64,000 nt of DNA, from NCBI RefSeq assembly GCF_009914755.1, contig NC_060925.1, one strand, 5' to 3'. A program made the translations under genes and the position numbers. The notes below the pieces were generated by a model that saw only the letters and a list, made by a program, of their open reading frames with translations, was not told the origin of the DNA and searched no databases. Source of the stretch: the human T2T-CHM13v2.0 reference genome, Homo sapiens. Below, piece after piece: positions 25,119 through 37,956 of this stretch; position 1 is the stretch's first letter; each line of letters starts with the position of its first letter.

Positions 25119-25879
25119 TCATAAAAGGAATTGTACATTGTCAACTGATAGTGTGGAGAGAGCAGCCCCCTGCCCACCTGGTTGTGATCTATGCACAACG
25201 CTTGCCCACAACCACCTTCTCCACTTAGTACAACGCAGCCCAGAACACCAAGGGGAGAGCCCCAGCAACAGCAGCCTCCGCAGCCCGCTTTAGATGATAG
25301 ATTTAGCTGAGCAGGGAGGTGGATGTGTGGTGTTTACAACCTCTTGTTGCATATACATAAATAAATACTTCCCATGAAGTAGAACCTCATCTAGAAAAAA
25401 TTAGAAGTCATTTGGCTACAAGAAATCATGAAAGAAGAACTGGGATGTGATGTTTTCCCTGATGTTTTTCGTTGGCTCCCTAATGGAATAGGTTCCCTTA
25501 CTGTTCTGGCATACAGATTCTCTTTGTGATTCTCATTCTTGTGTGAATTATATGTGTACTATTCAAATAATTAATGCTATATATTTCCTGCTTCTGAGAA
25601 AACTGATTTTATGGTATCTGAAGACTAGAAATGATTCAACGAGTGATAGCTGCAGACTTAACTGAGGTCTCTCTCTCCTCCTTTTTTTCTTTTCTTCTCT
25701 TTTTCTTTTTTTTCTACTCGGTGTCACCCTTTCAATTGGGCTTTTGGGTGCTCTTAAAAATTCCTCAGTGAGGCAGCTCCTTTCCTCCCCTGCCCTCACC
25801 GTGGGAAAGACTATCTGGGAATGAGCTTTCCTGGCAAAGAGGGACACGTTGGCTGAGCTTTTGATCATCAATGCTTTCA

Positions 25880-26334
25880 AGAAGAAAGATTTTTTAAAGA
25901 ATTTTTATCTGAGGAATGTGAGCCACTTCACATGATCAGAGAGACATTAAATCAAGACAGCAACCACTTTCTGCTTCCTTCTTTTTGAGCTATGTATTCA
26001 TCTGTTGAAACTGCTTGCTATCACCCCAGGTAGCTGTAAATTAATCTAATAATGCCACACCAAACACTGTATCCCACACCCTATAACAAGGGATAGCCAA
26101 GCTCTCATCAATGCTATTTCTGAAAGCCAATGAGAATTCCTGACGGGCACCTTTCTATCAGCCCATTGTGCATCCCCCCCTTTTGACTTTTAAAAACCTG
26201 CTTGTGACAAAGGCCAAAGGGAGCTCAGATCCAAGGTTCTTTGGGTGTGAGTCTTCCAGGCAGCTGTCTTCACATTGGCTCAAGTAAACTCTAGATTCTA
26301 TTTTGTGATTCAGCCTCTTTCTTTTAGGTCAACA
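25880..26334 (+). mobile_element. MER4-group (ERV1) LTR
   Basis: Ends 'gtaaactctagattctattttgtgattcagcctctttcttttaggtcaaca'; subfamily uncertain. Confidence 0.5.
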
Positions 26335-26478
26335 TGTTCAGCAACAGTAGAATAAATAGATAAGTTGGCCGATATTCATACAAAGGATTGTGCACAGAAA
26401 CAAATAACCACATGAGTAACATGAAAAATTCATAGATGTAAGACTGAGTGAAAGAAATCAAACCTATGCCTCTGCTCC

Positions 26479-27205
26479 TGAGACCGACTTTGAAAAAATT
26501 ATAACTGGGACAATTATCACAGCAAAAGAGATCTGACCTAACTGCTTCCGTCTTGCTTCTAACATCCAAGCTGTCTTTGTTCTTTCCTGGGCACAGGCCA
26601 AAATAACTTTGAGAGGAACTTAGTTTATGGTTTAGCTGTGAAACAAAGATGATAACAGCTCTTTCCCAAAACAAACCCCCTTCCTGCCTGGGGACTAGGC
26701 TGCCTTTGCAGGACTAACAAATTAGCCACAAGATTATAAATCATGGTTTAGGATCATGCAGCCTCTAGCTTACAAGATTCTAAACCTCCCCAAGTTGTTC
26801 CTGGGGATCACATCACCATTGTAAAACCTAAGATCGGTTTGTGAGATATTTTGTAGCCCTGCACTCGATGCATCAGCTGGCACCACCCAGATGGATAAAC
26901 CAGCTCATCTGATCCTGTGGCCCCCACCCAGGAACTGACCCAGCTCAAGAGCATGCTTTAGCTCCCTGTGAGTTCATCTCTGACCTGTCCAATCAGAACT
27001 CCCAACTCACTGTCCCCCACCCACCAAATTATCCCTAAAAACTCTGGTCCTAGAATGCTCAGGAAGACTGATTTGAGTAATAATAAAACTCTGGTCTCCC
27101 ACACAGCCAGCTCTGGGTAAACAACTTTCTTTATTGCAATTCCCCTGTCTTGATAAATTGGTTCTGTCTAGGCAGCAGGCAACAGGAACCCACTGCGCAG
27201 TTATA
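26479..27205 (+). mobile_element. Solo LTR8/LTR8A
   Basis: TG start 'tgagaccgactttgaaaaaattata', LTR8 core 'gtcttgcttctaacatccaagctgtc', AATAAA near 27082, 4-bp TSD ctcc (26475-26478, 27206-27209). Confidence 0.85.
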
Positions 27206-27867
27206 CTCCCCCAAAACCCACTACACACTTTATGATTTGATTTATATGAAAGCAAAGGACAGGAAAAACTTGCCTGATAGATTTGGAGTCTGTGGAGTAT
27301 TGTCAGAGTTTGGGATTGTATTCTACAAATTAAAAGTAATCAGTTAAGCACCTCAAATAAAATTTCCCCCAATTTTTTTTCTCCAAATTTGGACCACTTG
27401 TTTCTCTCTTTGCAGAATATAAAGTGCTAACATGAGGTAAGTGCTACGGTCTACAGAAGGCCATGGAAGAGATGACAAACTCCAGCACCATGCCTGAGTG
27501 TCCAGTGTGCTCTGCTGGGGCAGCATATTTGTACATTGCTGTATTTGAAAAAATCCTACAAGATTCATGAAATTGGACCACCGTCTTTATAGCACTACTA
27601 ATGGTAAAACAAGTAAGGATGGCTGGTTTGCAGTCATCTGAGCAGCATCTCTAGTTTCATAGATATGGTTTCTCTCTGATACTGAACGGCTTCCAATTTC
27701 AAGTAGAATGCTACATCAGAAGAATAACGATGGGAAGAGAACTAGTTTCTTGTGTAATCCTACATGTTTTAGTCTGCGCATTACAAACCATTATTTGAAG
27801 AAGGGTGGACAGCCTCCAGCTGTCTGCCAAAGAGGTCATCGGCAACACAGGCTAAGAACCGGCTTCT

Positions 27868-28170
27868 GGGCGGGCATGATGGCTCAGCCTGTAATCCCAG
27901 CACTTTGGGAGGCCGAGGCGGGCGGATCACCTGAGGTCAGGAGTTCGAGATCAGCCTGGCCAACATGGTGAAACCCCGTCTCTACTAAAAATACAAAAAT
28001 TAGCAGGGCTTGGTGGTGTGCTCCTGTAATCCCAGCTACGCAGAAGCCTGAGGCAGGAGAATCGCTTCAACCCTGGAGGCGGAGGTTGCAGGAAGCAGAG
28101 ATGATGCGACTGCACTCCAGCCTGGGCGACAGAGCGAGACTGCGGCTCAAAACAAAAAACTACAACAGAA
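27868..28170 (+). mobile_element. AluS private to copy 2
   Basis: Dimer; empty site in copy 1 'aagaacctacttctctggg' at ~380-398. Confidence 0.93.
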
Positions 28171-28279
28171 ACACCTGCTTCCTTGGAAAGATTGGGGCGG
28201 GGAAGGGAGGGAAAGGAAGGAAAGGCAGACGTCACTGTCCCCGCAGTCTCTGGCAGCATGTTGGTCGGCTGAGTGGCAG

Positions 28280-28530
28280 AAGGTGGGGCGGAAAAGCAGA
28301 GCCGGACGGGAAAGGCGCTGTCAGTGACATCACGGATAGGGCGACTTCTATGTAGATGAGGCAGCACAGGGGCTGCTGCTTCGCCACCGGCTGCTTCGCT
28401 ACGAAGGAGTTCCCGTGCTGTGGGAGCAAGTCCAGGACCGCTGTTCAGACCTGAAAGTCCCAGCTGTGTGTCAAGGCTGGAAGGGCTCCGGGGTGCGCGG
28501 GGCAAGTGACCGTGTGTAAAAAGGGTGAGG
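28280..28530 (+). promoter_or_regulatory. U1-type snRNA promoter, close to canonical
   Basis: GC box ggggcgg at ~28285, octamer ATGTAGAT 28350-28357, duplicated 'gctgcttcgc.ac', SPH-like 'ttcccgtgctgtggga' at ~28410, PSE 'aagtgaccgtgtgtaaaaagggtg' 28504-28527. Confidence 0.85.
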
Positions 28531-28567
28531 CGTGTGGAGCAGTAGCAAGACGGAAACGTGTGAACTC

Positions 28568-28723
28568 CTAATTACCTGGCATCGGAGAGGACGTTATGAA
28601 GGTTGTTTTCCCAGGGCGTTGCTTTTCCATTGCACTGTGGACGTGCTGATCCTGCGATTAACCCAAATGGGAGAAATTTGGCTGCACAATAACAGTGGAG
28701 AACTGCGTTAGTGCTTTCCGCTG
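28568..28723 (+). pseudogene. Highly diverged U1 snRNA copy (156 nt)
   Basis: 'ctaattacctggc...gaaggttgttttcccagggcg...tccattgcactgtggacgtgctga...actgcgttagtgctttccgctg'; Sm site replaced by 'aataacag', 70K loop altered, U1A heptamer ATTGCAC retained. Confidence 0.9.
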
Positions 28724-30638
28724 AAATCTTGCAGTGCAAAAAGTGAATTCTGCAGGAAGGGCTACTCTTAGTTTCTACTTAGCTTTCTACGGGTTTGTAG
28801 CTTTGCTGGCATGTTAAGTGTTGTCCTACAGTCGCAAGCATAAGAAAGAGAAAGTATTGTGTTACTGTCCTCTCCGCCCCTATCATGAGCTTGCTTAACA
28901 CAAGCTAAGTGGCCCCAGTGCTCTTCTCTTCCCTTTCCACGTGGGGCTGCTTTTTCAAGATTGCTTCATGGTCTCCAGTGTCTTGGGTTCTCACCCTATG
29001 TGAAAACCTTCGTGTTTTTTCGTAGCCCCCGGAGTCACCTTTCACACAGCCTGTGCTTCTAACCGCAGCCCCCACAGAAGTTTGTAGGATTTCTGTGCTA
29101 GCGGGGAATGTGTTCTCACCTCCTAGAGCCAGGTAGAAATTCTAGGCAGACGGGTGCTGTTCTTTGGGATGAAAGCAGTGTCCCTGTTCGGTTGTAGACA
29201 CAACACGCTTGCTTTCTGTAGGGGAACGGCTCTCCCCGCGCCCAGGTGCCCTTGCTTATGTTCACCGAGGCCTTCAGGTCAGAACCGCAGTCTGACTTGT
29301 CGGCAGAATGTGTCGGCGATCTACCCCAACTACCCAGCAATAAAATGGGACACATTACAGAAACATGAGATAGCATGGATTACCTCAAAAACATCATGCC
29401 GAGTGATGAAAAGAGGGCATCCTGTGTGGCGCCATCAAGGTGAATTTCTAGAACAGGTAAAACTAACCTGTATAGTGACAGAAAATACATCATTAATTGC
29501 TGGGGCCAGGGGGAGGGCGGGACTGACTGCAAAGGGCACAAGAGGACCTTTTAGAGTAATAGTCATCAAACTTGAAATGGATGCATTGTACCATAGGCAA
29601 CTCACACCTTAACTTGGTTGTAAAAAGGAATAAGAAAACCACTCCAAATCTTAATGTCTTCTCCTTAATTTAATGTATGTTTGCCCTTAGAGGAGTCGTT
29701 TAGACAAATGTCTTTCTAACTGTGCTAGGGAGTTCAGGAATTCCTTCATTTCTGTTTCTGTCTCTTTGTCTGCAGTTAAGTTCATGCACTATTAAGTGGA
29801 ATATTTGTAAAATAAAAATAGAGTCTAAGCTCAATTTTATAAAAGCATACATATATGTTTTTATATATTTTTATATTTTTAAATATAGAATTATATATAC
29901 TATATAATTTTATATATTAAATATATATTTTATATATTTTTATAATTTTATAATTTTTTCAGGCATATATATCCTTCTTTATTTTTTTTCTTCTTTTTTC
30001 TTTTGTGGGGCCTGGGGGGAACAGTCTAGCTAAAATATACTTTCTTCTCTCTGTAGATATAACACAATACCATGACTCCAGTGTTGCCCGAATGTTATGA
30101 GAAGTTATTTTTGAACTTAAGGTGATCAAAAATTTTACATATGTTTACATTTTCTCTACTGTTAGTACGGTCTATGCTTAGCATGTATAAATTTTTTTTA
30201 AAAAAGACAATAGCTTAAAAATGATTCGGAAGAAAAATATGTAGATATGTTAACAGTAGTTAATTCCAGGAGGTGTGAATATGGATGACCAGTTATCTTC
30301 CTCTTTATGAATTTTTTATATTTTTAAATGGAAAATCCTCAATGACCTGGAAGTGAATGAACAGATTAGATTTGGAAGGGGTGTAGGGCAGGTGAGAGGA
30401 AAATGTTAAGGGAAGGACAAACCCAGTTCTGGCAGGACCATGTTTAAGTTGAAGGTTTCTGGGGAGAAGTTGTTGGGATAAGAAGGATATGAAGGAGGCA
30501 GGAGAATCATGAAAATATTTAGGACAGTGTATTGCCTGTCTTATCATTCCTCCTCCTTTTGTGTTTCTTCAAAAGAAATACAAAGACTTAACATTTCTTT
30601 TGAAGCATGCTTACAATTTGTGTTTCTCTTTTATTAGT

Positions 30639-31422
30639 GTAACTGCCTGGTAAGTTTATTCTGCCCATTGCCCAGATAAGCCAATGGAGCTGAGAACAGC
30701 AGGCTTTCCACAATAGAGAAAGAATTTAACAAATGCAGATGCAGCTGAGGGACCAGGACAGGGGTTTATTATTACTCAAATCTGCCTCCCCCAAAATTCA
30801 GAGACTAGGGTTTTTGTTTTGTTTTGGTTTTGGTTTTTGGTTTTTGGTTTTTTGTTTTTTAAGGATAGTTTGGCAGGCAGGGGGCTAGGGAATGTGCAAA
30901 GCTGATTGGTTGGAAATCACAGGGTGTAAGAGCTTGTTTACTTGCACTGAGTCAGTCCCTGGATGGGGCCACAGGACCAGATGAGCCAGTTTACCAGTCT
31001 GAGTGGTACCAGCTAGTCCATCACAAGGCAGGGTCTGAAAAATATCTTAAACACCAATATTAGGTTTGACACTAATAATACTATATATAGGCACAATTGG
31101 GGAGCTTAGGAATCATGTGACTTCTGGCTGCACGGCTCCTGAGCCATAAATTCCAATCTCGTGCCTAATTTGTTAGCTTTGCTAAGGAGGTCTGATCCCC
31201 AAGAAAGGAAGGGGTTTGTCTCAGGAGCGACAATCATCTTTGTTTCAGAGTTAGACTAAACTAAACTCCTCTCATAGTTAGCCTGGCCTATTCCCAGGAA
31301 TGGACAAGGGCAGCTCAGAGATTAGAAGCAAGATGCAGTCAGTTAGGTCAGATTTCTTTCACAGTCATAGTTTTCCTATGTCAGGTTTTTCTCACTGTCA
31401 TAATTTTTGCAAGGGTGATTTT
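30639..31422 (-). mobile_element. LTR8-family LTR (uninverted paralog of 5109-5975)
   Basis: Reverse complement begins 'aaaatcacccttgcaaaaattatgacagtgaga...gaaatctgacctaactgactgcatcttgcttctaa'. Confidence 0.78.
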
Positions 31423-32942
31423 GTTAGGAGCAGTATAAACACAGTGGTTCTGAGAATGTCTTCTGGAGCCAGGCTGCCTTCACTTCAAATTCCTGCTTTC
31501 AAATTCTTCTTTGCTGGCTGAGTGACCCTGGACAGGTCACTTAACATCTTTGTGCATCTCAGTTTTCTCATATGGAAGATGAAGGTGATGATGTGACCTC
31601 GGCCTGAGGTAAGGACTAAATGAGTAAACATATGCACACTCATCAACTGTGCCTGACATGTGGCACTTTGTGTTGCAGGCACAGTTGATGATGTGCATGT
31701 GTTTCTCATGTGCATGTTAGCTCTTGTATTTTGCCTGCAACACTGCACAAAGAGCAGATGTGATGAAAACCAGTTGTACTGAAGTTACAGCAGTGATACT
31801 TTCCAATGGCCATGCACCCTCCCAGGGAGACTGCAGCAATCCTCTCACCAGCAGTAACCTCCTGGGCTGGGAGATCCCAGGAAGGCCCCTTAATCTCCAG
31901 CAGGTTTGACCCTCTAGGAGCTTCAGGGAATGAGCTAGAGAAGTATTTCTATCTGGGGGGAACTGGGAGTTTATTAGCTCATCTGTTCAGCTCATCCAAA
32001 GGGGAATAATGATGCAATTTCTTGCTTCAAATCTGCCCCAGTAAAATTCTTATAGTTTTACAGTCAAAGACATTTGTACATGTCGGGGAGGAAATATGAC
32101 TTTTCCTCACCCAGCCTAGGTTCACTGCTGAGACCCTCACAGCAAAAGACAGACTAATAAGAGAAGAGCAGATGTATTTATTTAATGTAAGTTTTACATG
32201 ACAGGAATGCCTTCCAAAGGAAATGAAGGCCCATGGAAACAGCTAAACCTCAGTTTTTTGTTTGTTTGTTTGTTTTTTAAGAGTAGTTTTATTGAAGAAT
32301 GGATAGTCATGGAGAAGTATGATAAGACAATAAAAGTATGATCTAACAGTAACAAACTGGGGAAAACGGGGCCAGGCCTCTGTGTTCAGGCTCTTCTCTG
32401 TGTCCCTGTGTCTTCAGACTCCAGGATGCACCTTTCCTCTGGGTACAGAGAGGGAACATCTCACATAAGGGTCTATAATCGACTTCAGGAAAGAAGGGCA
32501 GGGGGAGGGTGACAGTGACCTTCCTGCTTCTATTGTTTATTCAAATTCCCTTAACATAAAATATTCAATACCCCAAGATGTTATATTTTGGGGTAGCATG
32601 TCCTGAACCCCATCATGCACATGCAACAAAACCAAGAATATTTGAAGAATGATGACTATAAAACATTTAAATTCAAAATACAATTGATGGCCAAGTGGGG
32701 TGGTTCACAGCTGTAATCCCAGCAGGGAGGAGCAGGAAGGCCCAGGCAGGCGGATCACTTGAGTCCAGGCATTCGAGAGCTGCCTGGACAATATGGCAAA
32801 AGGCAATCCTTACTAAAAATACAAAAATGAGCCCAGCACACGGTGCACACCTGTTGTTCCAGCTACTTTCAGGGGGTGGGGAACGGGCGGGCTGAGGATC
32901 AACTGAAACAATATCATATTTACAAATAACTTTTTTTCCTAT

Positions 32943-33020
32943 AAGGCTAGTCAAGTGAAGCAGTGGAAGTGGAGAAGGAACAAAAAAATCTGTAACTGGT
33001 TGTGATCAATTATTTGTAAA
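32943..33020 (-). pseudogene. Y3 RNA retropseudogene (paralog of 7675-7753)
   Basis: 'aaggctagtcaagtgaagcagtggaagtggagaaggaacaaaaaaatctgtaactggttgtgatcaattatttgtaaa' is antisense hY3. Confidence 0.92.
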
Positions 33021-34451
33021 GAGGGATGAATTTTTATGCACTATACACTGTTTTCAAAGTCACATATGCTGCAAAGCTGGTGGTGAACGGCAGTGCCCTG
33101 GTCCCTTCCTACACTTATCCGTAGGGATAACAATTTTTAATGAATGCAGCCAACCTCTACATAAATACTGTTACTCTTTGACTGTCCAATTTTCCATCCC
33201 AGGCCCTGCAGTCCAGCCTGCAAGGGGAAACGGAGTTTGTGTTTCCTTACCTGCCAGTCCACTCCAAGGAGCCAAGAAGGCATCCTCTCCCACTCCCGCA
33301 TCCTCCAAACTTAGCCCCTCAAAGACTGCAGCGTTTTTCAGTCCTTCTTAAACGCTCTCAGCCCCAAAATATGAAAATCAGAGGGATGGTCTTGAGCGCC
33401 TGGAGCGACATGTTAGTTTGCTCCCAAGACCCATCAGGAACCTTATCCCAGGTGCTCTGAAGAGCAGGAGAAAACATTGTTTAAATCTGGTAACGTCCTA
33501 AGGGGTCTTCTCCTTGGGGCAGGGTCCTGGCAGGACGAGGGGGAGCCCCACCGTCAGAGACTCGCCCCTCAGAGCTGCTCAGGTTCCTCTTCCCCGTGGC
33601 CCTGAGGGAGATCGGCCAGGGCGACAGAGGATCAGGACGGGGCCTCCCAGCACCCGAGCTAGAAGAGGCCGCCGCGCGGATTTCTCTTTCTGGCTGAGAT
33701 CTTGGGACGAACGAATAGATTTCTCGGAGTCAGGTTCCGAAGCTTAGTGAAACGGCGACTTTTAGGACCGGCAATGGAGACGCAGGAGCTAGAAATTCGG
33801 CATAAAGATCTGAATATGAAGAACAGAGCAAATTAACATTCGGAATAGGATGGGCCATCTGAATAAAACAGTGCTACTCCCAAGTTAGGTCTCAAACCAT
33901 CGATCGTAAACTGAGACACAATTTCCAATGACTGAGCTAACCCCATCAAATTTTCTCACGCCATTTACTTACCAAAATGACAATGGATGCCATTACGAGA
34001 TTTCCCGAGTGAAAGGAATCTCGGGGTCTAGGATTGAAGGGCGGCAGCCTTTTTAGTGTAGGAGACCTCTCACCCCGAGGCCCAGGTCGCCCTTAGAGGG
34101 GGTGGGGACTTGCTGGGTCGCTGGGTCCCTGGCGGGGGTGTCCAGGCCTCCGATAGCACGGGGCCAGGAGGCTCGCCCAGGAAGGGGACCCTGCAGGCTC
34201 GGTGATCCCAACTGGATGATTTCGCAATTTCCCTATGATCCGGGCCACTGTGATAACCTGGTTTCTGGGACCCGGAACATCGAAGAGGGAGACGAAGAGG
34301 GGACGAACAGCGCGGGGGACATCGCGGGGTTCAGACAGCGGGAGTAGAAGGGACACGGAGGCCCGCAGCGCAGAGCTTCTGAAGAACGTCAGCGGAATCC
34401 CCATTCCATTTAGGGAGTAAAAGACGGCATTATCGTCCCAGTTACACAGAA

Positions 34452-34523
34452 AGGTTCCACAGAGACTCGAACTCAGATGGCTGGATTCAGAGTCCAGAGT
34501 GCTTACCATTACACCATGGAACC
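34452..34523 (-). tRNA. TRQ-CTG7-1: tRNA-Gln(CTG)
   Basis: GGTTCCATGGTGTAATGGTAAGCACTCTGGACTCTGAATCCAGCCATCTGAGTTCGAGTCTCTGTGGAACCT; cloverleaf intact except one T.T mismatch in the T stem; symbol recalled, not verified. Confidence 0.93.
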
Positions 34524-34827
34524 TCACAATGCAAGTTTTCTGCAGGTGTGTGGATTCCTAATAAGTATCAATAGTTCCCACCCACCCATGTCAAGGCATT
34601 TCTTTTGATCCCACAAGCAATACCTGAGGAAGGTGGACCTGCAGGAAGGACCCAGCCCTCTTGCTTTCTCTCTGCCCTCTCCTTTGATCGACTTCTATCA
34701 TTTCATGTGCACCTCGGAAAATAAGGCAAAATCCACTGTGGATTTAGGGCCAGAGAAGAGCCCTTGAAGCCTCGGTCACAGAGGCTTCAGGACCGACACA
34801 GTCTGGGTCCTGTTTTGAGGTGAAATT

Positions 34828-35106
34828 CATTCCTTCCTTCCTTCCTTCCTTCCTTCCTTCCTTCCTTCCTTCCTTCCTTCCTTCCTTCCTTCTTTCCTTT
34901 CCCTCCCTCCCTTTCTTTTTCTTTCTTTCTTTCTTTGTCTCTCTTTCTGTCTTTCTTTCTTTCTTTTCTTTCCTTAAAGCCTCGGTCAGAGTTTCCTGTG
35001 TCGAGATGAAATTTCTCTCTTTCTTTCTTTCCTTCCTTCCTTCCTTTCTTTCTCTTTCTTTCTTTCCTTCCTTCCTTCTCTTTCTTTCTTTTCATCTTTC
35101 TTTTCA
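34828..35106. repeat. (CCTT)n/(CTTT)n pyrimidine tracts in two blocks
   Basis: Direct reading; the blocks are separated by a short non-repeat spacer at 34977-35012. Confidence 0.9.
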
Positions 35107-35391
35107 TTGAGATAGAGTCTCCTTCTGTTGCTCAGGCTGGAGTGCAGTGCAGTGGCAGTGGGCAATCTCCCCTCACTGCAACCTCCATCTGTCGGGTTCA
35201 AGTGATTGTAATCCCCAGTGGCTGGGATTACAAGTGTGGGCCACCATGTCCAGCTAATTTTTGTATGTTTACTAGAGATGAGGTTTCGCCATGTTGGCCA
35301 GGCTGGTTTTGAACTCTTGACCTCAAGTGATTTGCCTGCCTTGGCCTCCCGAAGTGCTCAGATTACAGGTGTGAGCCACCGCACCCAGCCC
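35107..35391 (-). mobile_element. AluS
   Basis: Antisense dimer; TSD-like 'gagatgaaat' at ~35004 and ~35393. Confidence 0.9.
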
Positions 35392-35883
35392 GGAGATGAA
35401 ATATCTGCAAAATTTCTGTTATTTTCTTGATGCTTTCCCTCTTTTCCATTTGCCCAAGGAGGCCAGATGATTGTCAAAACAGGACATGGGACTTCCTGGG
35501 CACTTTGCCCCCTTCCTCCCTGTAGCATATAATAGAAGACAGCAATCAAGTGAGATTGGGAAGCAGGGAATCCTTTATTTTTTTATTCATATTCTTCTAT
35601 GTTTCGTTGGTTGGTTGGTTTTAACAAAATTTTCTCACCAGAAATGGAGATTTGTTGGATTTAAAATAAAAGCAATCAGCCATGTTTACATTTCTATAAA
35701 ACACTCAAACCAGGCCATACTCTCCTACTATGACTCAAAATCAGCCATATACTGTCGAGGTCAGGAGCAGGGCCCTGATATTGAAGCACAGTGTATTTTC
35801 TCAGAATTGGCCAAGTTGATACCATTACAATTTGTCAATATATCATGACCCATTAATTACAGTCTTTAAAAGTGTACATGTAT

Positions 35884-36334
35884 TGCTACTGAAAGCCCGG
35901 GAGTTCGGTCTAGGCCCTGCTACTCAGCTCACAGAAAGCCAATCACTGAGACATTGAGTATTGCTGAGGAAGAAGGCTTTAATTGGGTGCTGCAGCTGAG
36001 GAGATGGAAGATCAGTTTCAAATCAATCTCCCTGATCAACTAAAGTGAGGGGTTTATGTAGCAGGGAAGAAATGTTAACTGTGGGTGGGAAAAGAGGAAC
36101 TAGGGAAGGGTGAGGAAGCACTCATGATGAGTGAGGGGTCTGGCATCTCATTGTCTGGAGGCTGTCATCTGCTGAGTTTCAGGTCTGTGATGCTTTTTGA
36201 GAGGCCTGAGAGGCCTTTGCTGAGGAAGGAACTCAGATAAAACAAATGTCCTAAGTTTCAAGCTTTAAGACCAGAAGGGTCCATTTCTATGTCTATCCAA
36301 AAACACTGTCTGTGGGACTCTTGGGTTGATTTCA
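35884..36334 (-). mobile_element. MER31-type 3' LTR
   Basis: 'gttcggtctaggccctgct...cacagaaagccaatcactgagac..gagtattgc..aggaagaaggctttaat'; polypurine tract (minus strand 'agaaagtggggac') abuts at 36335-36347. Confidence 0.7.
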
Positions 36335-37956
36335 GTCCCCACTTTCTATTTGTCAGTTCCTCAATCATGGGGAATCTGATCATCCATCTTTCTGGCTGCA
36401 TCATGTGGAGGAGGGGCATCCTGAGCAGCTCCACACCATGGGTGACTGCATGGCCACCCAGGAATCAAACATTCATCTAATACTGTAGTTTCTCCTGAAA
36501 CACAATCTTCCTCTCTCCAGTCCCTCACTTCCACTAAAGACAAAACACAGCAGGACCAACCTACCTGCAAAAGAAGCTTCAGTCCCATATACTTGGCCTG
36601 ATTACCCACACAAAGTGCAGCAAGAATCCTTGTTCATATAGGCTCTCCTAAATAGGCTTTGCTGGAATATTTCACAACACCATTTCAGGCAAAGCCCTGG
36701 GAAAATTACCAGTTCCTCCACTTGTGTCCCATTATAAAAGAAAACAGAATCTTATTGAACTCATGCAAACAAACACATTGTCATGAGTTAAGAATATTCA
36801 GTTTACAAATTCTGTAGAAATTCGTCAGAGAGAGAACAATATGCCTCAAATTCTATTTAGAAGACGATTCTACTCAATTGTTGCAGTCTATAAATAGCTC
36901 AAAAGGAAACAAGTTCTCCAGACTCTGAAGAATCAACAATGTTTGAAACAAACAAAGGCCATAAAAACTTATTTCAGTCCTCTATTAGTTCAATCCATGC
37001 AATCAACTCCTGCTCTGCGTCACATTGGGGTAGCAATCTCTATGAACACATCCGTCTTTCTATTAGTGCCCTGGAAATTTTCTCTTTACTTCAGTGGCAC
37101 AATCTCCAAAGTTATCAGAAGAGTCCTGCATCCAAGAGTCCTTTTCATGGACTTCCCCAAAGAAGAAAGGCCTGGACTGTAACTGATTATAAGTCACTTT
37201 TTAAGAAGAATCAAAGCAAAACAACAATTGTGGATGACAAAAGCCTTAAGACAGCCATAGTTATAGATACAATTGACAAGGGAATTCTGTTGTTTCTGTG
37301 GCACACAACAATTTAACATAATAATCATAATTATTACTGACAGCATAGCAGAACTCTAGGAATCTCATACAATCCTGGAACACACATTAACAACACATCT
37401 GTGTCAATAGAACCCAAAGGAAGTGAAACACCACCTCAGATTTGACAATGCTCCTTGCATAATTCTACATAACAAATAAGTCTAAGAAGCCTAATATATC
37501 TCTCTTGGACTTCAAGAACCTAATATCCAAAAAGTTAATTTGAGGCCCAAAGGGTTGAATTTAGAAACTTTACTCTTAGAAAGTTTGCCAGATATCAAAG
37601 TTTTGAGACACTTGACATCACAAAATAGGATCACAGGTCACCTTAGTATAGTCAATCATTTAGCCAAAATGATAAAACAAAAATGTTCACCCTTTGCTAG
37701 AAAAGAGGCTGAGTTTTCTAAACAGTAAGAGCTAATGAAGACAACATGAGGCCATGTGTATGTGTCTCTCCCCTTCCTTCTTTTGCCCTGCAGTTTACTT
37801 TGAAAGTAAACAAAAATATTTTATCTATTATTAATACTACACAAACATTTTGATCAAAAGAGAAAACCAAATTTTACCTTTGTGTGGTGTATTAAAATGT
37901 TAAAGCTAATTTTAATAAAACCTTATACACAAGTTTAATTATAATCAGTTTGACCA

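Larger units (their letters stand above)
27480..34560 (+). repeat. Segmental duplication copy 2 (may extend left of 27480)
   Basis: Colinear with 1-9800; lacks five Alus and a ~1.2 kb segment of copy 1, and has one private Alu. Confidence 0.95.
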
